The notes beneath the pieces are model-generated. The model searched no databases and was not told the origin of the DNA. It saw only the letters and a program-made list of their open reading frames with translations. DNA of 63,953 nucleotides, the filler included, from Licmophora abbreviata (taxonomy: Eukaryota): the NCBI GenBank assembly GCA_900291995.1. It is 9 parts of 9 records of this genome, joined end to end, with 100 filler letters (N's around TTAATTAATTAA, not from the genome) between each part and the next. Parts side by side here need not be neighbours in the genome. Positions count along the whole stretch, not along the records: positions 56,885 to 58,649 come from OLMU01001251.1; positions 58,750 to 63,953 come from OLMU01001254.1; 7 more parts are not named here. The stretch is one strand, 5' to 3'. Below, piece by piece: positions 57,853 to 63,953 of this stretch; within the stretch, counting starts at the first letter, position 1; each line of letters starts with the position of its first letter. The translations under genes were made by a program, and so were the position numbers.

Positions 57853-58938
57853 CACTGTCTGTGAACAGAGTAGAAGCCGTGCCAAGAATCTCCGCGCGTC
57901 TACGCTCGGAGTCGAGAGCAAAGCCGCGGTCTGTCAGCAACAGCAACGCTATTAACATTTCTGCTTCTACTTTGGATGCGCAGAGTACCGAGAGCTCGCT
58001 GTTTCCTGCGCTTCCATGGCACGATTCTTTCGTGCATCGCTTGGGACTTTCACAGCCCCGCACAACAATAATAACAACAGCAACAACAACAACGAATGCA
58101 GATGAAGCGATACTCGTGTCATCGCCACCGATCCCTCGTGTGGTGCAAACGGAAACTAGCACTTTCGTTTCAGAAGCGACGCAAGATGCTGCCGAAGAAT
58201 CAGCTGCTGCAGCTGCTCATACTACACCAATACAAAACCGCAATGGGACTCGTATGGCTAAGCAGACAAAAGAACCCTGTGGTGAAGCGCAAACCTGAAC
58301 AGTCCCGCATGCAAGCACCTCTTCCTAGAATGATCACTACTGTGGGAACAGTGAAACGAAAGCCAGGACGACCAAGAAAACACCCACTCCCTGATGATAT
58401 AAAGACACCGCCAGCGAAACGAGGCCCTGGGCGACCGAGAAAACATCCGCCGCCGAAAGAAAGTGCGACTTCATCCGTCGCGGCCGCCTCGGCGATGAAT
58501 GTGGGTGCTACTTCTGAAAGTCAGGTTGCGAAAAGAGGGCCTGGGCGACCGAGAAAACATCCATTGCCGAAAGAAAGTGCGACTTCATCCGTCGTCGCGA
58601 CCGCCTCAGTGACGAAGGTGGGTGCTACTTCTGAAAGTCAGGTTGCGAANNNNNNNNNNNNNNNNNNNNNNNNNNNNNNNNNNNNNNNNNNNNTTAATTA
58701 ATTAANNNNNNNNNNNNNNNNNNNNNNNNNNNNNNNNNNNNNNNNNNNNAATCGTATTATCGCCATGGAAGAGGGCAATGATTCAGAGGACGACGAGTTG
58801 GATATTGCATCAGAGGGAAGCGAAGATGACATGGACGAAAGTGACGGCGAAGAAGGCATGTCCATGTCCCCGGGCACAGTCAGTGCCATCACGTCGCGCA
58901 AAATTCGCACTGTCTCATTGTCCAGCGACAACCTTTGA
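57853..58938 (+). CDS. AT-hook repeat protein with acidic C-terminal tail (HMGA-like layout); 5' exons unresolved, frameshift near 58276, spans gap 58650-58749
   Basis: KRKPGRPRK, KRGPGRPRK x2; 114/117-nt tandem units at 58414, 58528, 58645; after the gap RIIAMEEGNDSEDDELD..LSSDNL-stop; acceptor-like TTCAG ending at 57852. Confidence 0.7.
58650..58749. other. Artificial scaffold gap/linker inside a tandem repeat
   Basis: 44N-TTAATTAATTAA-44N. Confidence 0.98.
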
Positions 58939-59146
58939 TCGCCAATGTTGTTGTACGGTAGTAGCAGCTTCTTTCGCAACGAATGACCTGTTCTATTTAC
59001 AAGCCTTGGCCTCGTTGGAAGGTTAGCCACAATGTGTGTCAGAACGGTATCTGTAAACACTGACTGGTGATGAAAATGATCTGATACATGATACGTGTAA
59101 AATGCATATTGTAGATATTTCCTACTCGACGAACGATTGTCTTCGC

Positions 59147-61945
59147 TTATTCTTCCACTGTCGAAGGGGCAGGAAATACTGTACCTAGCTCAAAGTTGCT
59201 CTTTGACTTTTGGCGGCCGTGGCGCTGCTTGGAGTTAGCATTGCTGTTGTCCGATGGTGGCTCGTCCAAATTTCCGTGGCTTCTCGACTTGCGAATCAAC
59301 AGGTCCTCTTGGCTGCCCACCTTGCGATAATAAAAATGGGCCATACTCGTAGTCTTGAGGTAGTCATCGTTGAGCGTCCCGAACGATCCAGCTTTCCTGG
59401 CTGGTACAGTCGTCACTTCGCCTGGAAGCTGAGTCATCACAGCGTCTTTGGCTTCTTCTGCATCATCGTCGAAGAATAATCCCGACGCGGCCGAGTTCGA
59501 CCTTTCTATACTGGCCGTTGAATGACAACCGTGCAGACCCATGCCACCCCACCCTTGACCTATTTCTACCGGCGGGTGCGATTCATGCTTGAACGCTGCT
59601 TTGGATTCGTTCTTCGCGTCTACGCGTTGCTCCTGTTGATCATCGACTGGTTCAATGAGAGTCTGGTCACCGATGCCCAGACCACCCATGTTGACAAGGC
59701 TTGGCGACTGAAAGAAACTTGGATGGCCACGCGTAATCTTCGCTGCTGATTCTTGTGGGTGATGCTTCTCCCATGACTCGACAATCACCCGTTTCCGGAG
59801 TCGTTGAACACACCGATCGAGAGTCACCTCTTCTGCAATATGACTCTTTATGGCGGGGATATGTCTCCACGTCTCTCGCTCCGCCGCTTCAATCCACTCA
59901 CGGAACTCTTCCTCTGACGGATTGTATATACAATGAAGCAACGCGCTCACAAACCCACGGTGTCGAATCCACGGAATCAGCGAAATGTCACTGGGTCGAC
60001 CTTCGTACTCTTGCGTAAAGAACGTACTTCCAACGGCTCGTCCTGTATCAAACAGAGGCGCAATCCGTCTACCACCGACAAGTTCCACCATGTGAGAAAG
60101 CCATGAACGCACTTGATTCTTCAGAAAAATAAGTACGCCATTCATCATGCCCAAAATAGGATTCGTCCACACGCTCTTGCGCAAACTGAAGGATGCAAAC
60201 ATGACGGCGTGCGGGTTCGCCTGACTTATGATGAAGTGATTAATGTTGAACATTTCTGACAGCTGTTGCATAGGTAGATCAGCTTCCATACTGCCGTCGC
60301 TAAACGTGACACTGCTCGCACTTTCAAACCGTTCCGTGCCATCCGCATCCTTGACCATGAGCTTGTTGGCCTCAAAGACTCCGGGAAGTGACGACGAGGC
60401 AACGGCAGCACTCCAGACCAGCACGTGAGGCGCCGTCAAGTAGTTAAGAAGCCTTGGAGGATCACTACTATTCTGGGGTGTCACGGTAATATTCAGGATC
60501 CGGCCAGTCCGATCAAAGGCTTCCTGAAAGGTAAAGTTACCGACGTTGATGCGCAGAGCATCACGAAAGTACTCGGTGTCGTGCTTGAGCAAGTCTTGCG
60601 AACGACGATTGCCCGTGACCAAATCGTACAAAAGCGACGTAAAGTTACGCAGTCCAATCGGAACGAAGACTTGCCACGTGCGCTTCGGATCGGTAAAGGC
60701 TCCCGCCGAGTTGGCCAGGACTTCGGTAATATCACCATGCTGCTGTTTCTCCTTTTCTCGACTACCGAGCGGACGGAAAAACTCCAGTTGAAGAGTTCCC
60801 GAATGTCCCGGTGCATCTGTTCCCTTGACTTCCAAAAAGTCATTCATAATCTCGTCATCCGTCCGGGTTCCCACCATGGCACAGAGGATACTACCAGCCG
60901 ACGATCCGCCCAGCACACGAGGCATTAGTCCATTCTCCATGAGTGCCTTGATGACACCGACATGGTAGAAGCCGAGCGCCGCTCCCCCGCTCAGCAGTAG
61001 TGCCGTTCTTCCATAGGAGTGTCGAGTCTCGTTGAAGAATGCGAGCCTCGCTTCGGTACGAATGGGCTCTTCTCCTTGCAGTACTGGTGCATCGGCACAA
61101 AAGTCCAGTGCCGCACAGACAACATTATGATAGGTCTCTACGAGTACCTTACTTCCCGCCATGGCCTTGGTAAAGAGCCCCTCATGCAACAATCCAAACT
61201 TGTTTCGTCCAATCCCACCTCGCAGCGTAAACATGAGATCAAAGATATCCCGTCGTCTCATGAGATGCACAAACTCATCAATGCGTGCCGCGATGCGTTC
61301 CCGTTCGTACAATGCACAATCCGGATCGCTCCTCCAAACGTCGTTTCCTTGGATATTGTCAATGCGTTCTGCGAGGTCCATCCATTCGTCCTGTTTGGTA
61401 CAAGAGGCTTGTTGGCGTTGGAGTTGTCCGATGAGGCGGGAGCGAGAGGAAAAGTTGGAAAGGAGATAGTGCATCAAGTTCAACATTTGCTTGACAGTAA
61501 CCTGGGCAGGGAGAAAGGAAGGAAATGGGTTGTTATGAGTGATCTCTTGCTTGGCTCTTACAAATGCACTTTAACCGCAGAGCATCCAGATCTTCTTTCG
61601 TAGATAGCAGCACTGCACGTACCATTCCCGTCTGAACTGCTACAGCCAGAGCCAACTGCCGGCCAACGGTCGAAGGGGCAAACACGAGCTCCATGCACTC
61701 CATGCTGACGCGATTGATCATCGGAAGGTTCGCCCAGATCAAATAGAGGGCTCTGGGATGATATAGAATGAAATTGGCCAACAGGAGGCGTGAGAAGACA
61801 CAATTTAAGAGACACGAGGGGCAAAGATACATTCCAAATTCATCAGCCATTTCAGTTTCCACGGAAAATCAACATTGGCGTATTTCACGTACTCGTCGAG
61901 AGCTCGTTCGATAAACTTGATCGCTGGATCATCCTGGAGTCCCAT
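59147..61945 (-). CDS. SDP1: Patatin-domain triacylglycerol lipase, SDP1/TGL3-5-like; introns 61753-61830 and 61502-61622; frameshift near 61866
   Basis: DUF3336-like N-domain (WMDLAERID..WR), YGRTALLLSGGAALGFYHVGV, GSSAGS nucleophile, FQEAFDRTGRILNITV, PRLLNYLTAPHVLVWSA, DGS catalytic Asp, LSEMFNINHFIISQANPH. One extra T gives ANVDFSVETEMADEFGI|ALYLIW. Upstream in-frame ATGs exist near 62083-62089. Confidence 0.93.
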
Positions 61946-62325
61946 ACTGCCATTTAGAACTGTAGAAGGAGTCCGCAAACAAGCAAAAACGATGAAACAG
62001 GGACCACGATGGCGATGCCAAGAAGAAGTTAGCTGAAAGTGTCGCCGTCGCCGCGCGTCGCCTGAAGAGGTGAGTGTCACCATTGACATTTTCAATCACT
62101 ACTTAAGTCGAAGTAGGATTCTACAGAGATGGTGACGCTTCCAACATTCATCTTTAGTCAAATGAGTCAATCAATCGATTCGAATGTATCGTTATCGGGG
62201 ATTTCAGCTGGACGAACCGTTAGGAAAAGCTGGAGATAGATAGTTTCTTGTATCGTGGTGCTTTTCCAGCAAGCTACAGTTCCTTTAGCATCACCACCAT
62301 CACCTACAATAATCTTTTGTCGTTG

Positions 62326-63678
62326 TTATTGTTCATCCTCGCTACAAGGAACATAGTACGCATCGTAGATGAATTCTGCCATGCGTTCAAACCAAGTTCT
62401 GGCAAGCGCGGGGTCGGCCATACTGCTAAAGACAATGTAGACATGGACCATTCCTGGTTCGACACATAGTTGGACGTTGGGTGCCCCACTCTCTCGAAGT
62501 TTATCCACAAAGGTCACCACTTGATCTCGTAGTACTTCCCGCTCTCCCGTCATGATTAATAAAGGTGGGAATGCGTCCATCGAAGACTGTTTAGAAAGGG
62601 GAAAATAGTGTGTGGGAGACACGCAATCGTGTTGTACTTGTCGAGAGGCTACGGAGTTGGCTAGTACTTGAGCCAGACCGGGTGAAAGGTAATCATAGGC
62701 TGCATTCTCTTGCCAGCTCGGCGAGGAGGTATCCAACAAGTCGACCCACGGCGACATCATGATGCCACCGGATGGAAGCGGCACATGAGTGTTGTTGTCG
62801 ACGGAGGATTGCTGTTGCTGCTGAAGAGCAAATAGCACAAGCGCAACGAGCGTTCCGCCAGCACTGTCTCCTGCCAGTAGAATACTCTTGTTTCTCGCGT
62901 TCTTGCTGGTATCCGCTTCGTTGCTGTTATTGCGTTCATGCATCCTCATCCTATGCGCCAGCCAAAAGTAGGCCACCAAACAATCTTCGAGAGGTTCCGG
63001 GTAAGGATGTTCCGGGGGGCGTCGATAGTCGACTGCGAAAATAGCAATGTCCTCTGGATGATCCTTTCCCTTCACTACCTCCGAGTACGTGGACACGAGC
63101 TCCATGAGGACGCCCCGATGCGTCATGGGCGAGCACAGTCCAAAGCCACCTCCATGCAGATACAATACCACCCGCTTCGGTGGTATGTGACGTGGATCTT
63201 CCATGTGCCTTGGGAAGGTCCATTCTCCTGCTACGGGGCAGTCGTTGGAAGTAGAAGTGGTAGTCTTACTGTTAGTCGCCGATGGCTGAGCCACGACTCG
63301 AACGTACTCCGTCGGAAGCCAAGGAAGCCAAAGGGGAATCTTGTGATCCGATAACAATCGGATGCAGCGTATACTTCTGACGACGTTATACGAAACACTT
63401 CGCAGTATACTGACGATGCATCCAAAGGATCGTGTCCACTCCTTGGGAGTGCTATAGTTTGATTGGGCAGTACGACAAGAGAAGTTCGGACAAAAACAGG
63501 CATGCGAAACGCCGAAGCACAAGCAACAGGGAAGACAGGCGCAGCGAAGACTGGATTCGAGACAAGAACGGCGTTCTACTATAGTCTCTTGGCAGTGCTC
63601 TTCATCTCTGTTGTTGTCGTTGTCGTCAGTGCCTCGTTTCGTGGTCAAGCTGACGGAATGGAGTGAGGAGTGAGCCAT
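62326..63678 (-). CDS. Alpha/beta hydrolase, HSL family (Abhydrolase_3) esterase/lipase with Cys-rich N-terminus
   Basis: LYLHGGGF, VDYRRPPEHPYP, AGDSAGG, SPWVDL, GEREVLRDQ, GMVHVY; complete Ser/acid/His triad motifs. Confidence 0.93.
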   Translation of the reverse strand: MAHSSLHSVSLTTKRGTDDNDNNRDEEHCQETIVERRSCLESSLRCACLPCCLCFGVSHACFCPNFSCRTAQSNYSTPKEWTRSFGCIVSILRSVSYNVVRSIRCIRLLSDHKIPLWLPWLPTEYVRVVAQPSATNSKTTTSTSNDCPVAGEWTFPRHMEDPRHIPPKRVVLYLHGGGFGLCSPMTHRGVLMELVSTYSEVVKGKDHPEDIAIFAVDYRRPPEHPYPEPLEDCLVAYFWLAHRMRMHERNNSNEADTSKNARNKSILLAGDSAGGTLVALVLFALQQQQQSSVDNNTHVPLPSGGIMMSPWVDLLDTSSPSWQENAAYDYLSPGLAQVLANSVASRQVQHDCVSPTHYFPLSKQSSMDAFPPLLIMTGEREVLRDQVVTFVDKLRESGAPNVQLCVEPGMVHVYIVFSSMADPALARTWFERMAEFIYDAYYVPCSEDEQ

Positions 63679-63953
63679 GAGCCACACAGTGATGTGAGTA
63701 CAACATGTAACAGTGAACTGTTTGTAGACAGTCTAGATACCATGATGTTTTTTACCGTGACGTATTTTGTATTTTGGCACATTCAGGACTCAGGGTTGCC
63801 AGATCGTGACTGAATAAAGCATTTTGATTGGCCAATTCAATCACGAGTGCATTCGAAGTCCCGGTCGATGACATCATCATCTCGCAGTGAAAATTGAAAA
63901 ATTGATGAAAAGAGCCGCATTTAAGACATAACACACACTCAAGTTCGACGATT

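Noticed and set aside
10756..58749. TTAATTAATTAA recurring eight times as a possible biological repeat
   Set aside because: Always centred in exactly 44+44 Ns; it is an assembly linker with stops in all frames. ORFs ending in X..N or X..LIN are artefacts of it.
41405..62118. 14-bp identity AAGTCGAAGTAGGA (41405 and 62105) and 13-bp ACGACGAACGAGC (39790 and 41315) as possible element ends or TSDs
   Set aside because: Several exact matches of this length are expected by chance in 64 kb; no flanking similarity or inverted-repeat structure.

Overview
Gene-dense nuclear scaffold of a eukaryote, most likely a diatom (inferred from short GT-AG introns, bipartite signal+F/W plastid presequences, diatom-type LRR, trypsin and KxxK-repeat proteins). 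It is broken by eight identical artificial 100-nt gaps (44N-TTAATTAATTAA-44N), at least three of which fall inside repeat-rich genes. About 20 genes: UBR4/BIG-like protein (5' end outside the window), type II membrane LRR protein, TRM1, two trypsin paralogues flanking a GT29 sialyltransferase-like gene, a PI-PLC-like protein, GCN1, rhodanese, a secreted HExxHxxGxxH metalloprotease, chromodomain and ubiquitin-like proteins, two plastid membrane proteins, an FLVCR-type MFS transporter, a large secreted repeat protein with a Lys-rich tail, an AT-hook protein, two HSL-family esterases and an SDP1-like TAG lipase. At least eight genes carry single-base frameshifts, most placeable in short homopolymers and most likely assembly errors. 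No rRNA, tRNA, CRISPR array or autonomous transposon was recognised. Best leads: (1) a thylakoid-targeted single-pass protein with stromal-side APWMTGG and Tyr repeats, a candidate pyrenoid membrane tether; (2) a UBR4/BIG that stops before the E3 module but carries a GRF zinc finger and a UIM; (3) a PLC lacking its second catalytic His with a ~650-aa coiled-coil insert; (4) an intact GT29; (5) a patch of gene fragments at 39-42.5 kb. All family calls come from motif recognition by eye, not database searches.
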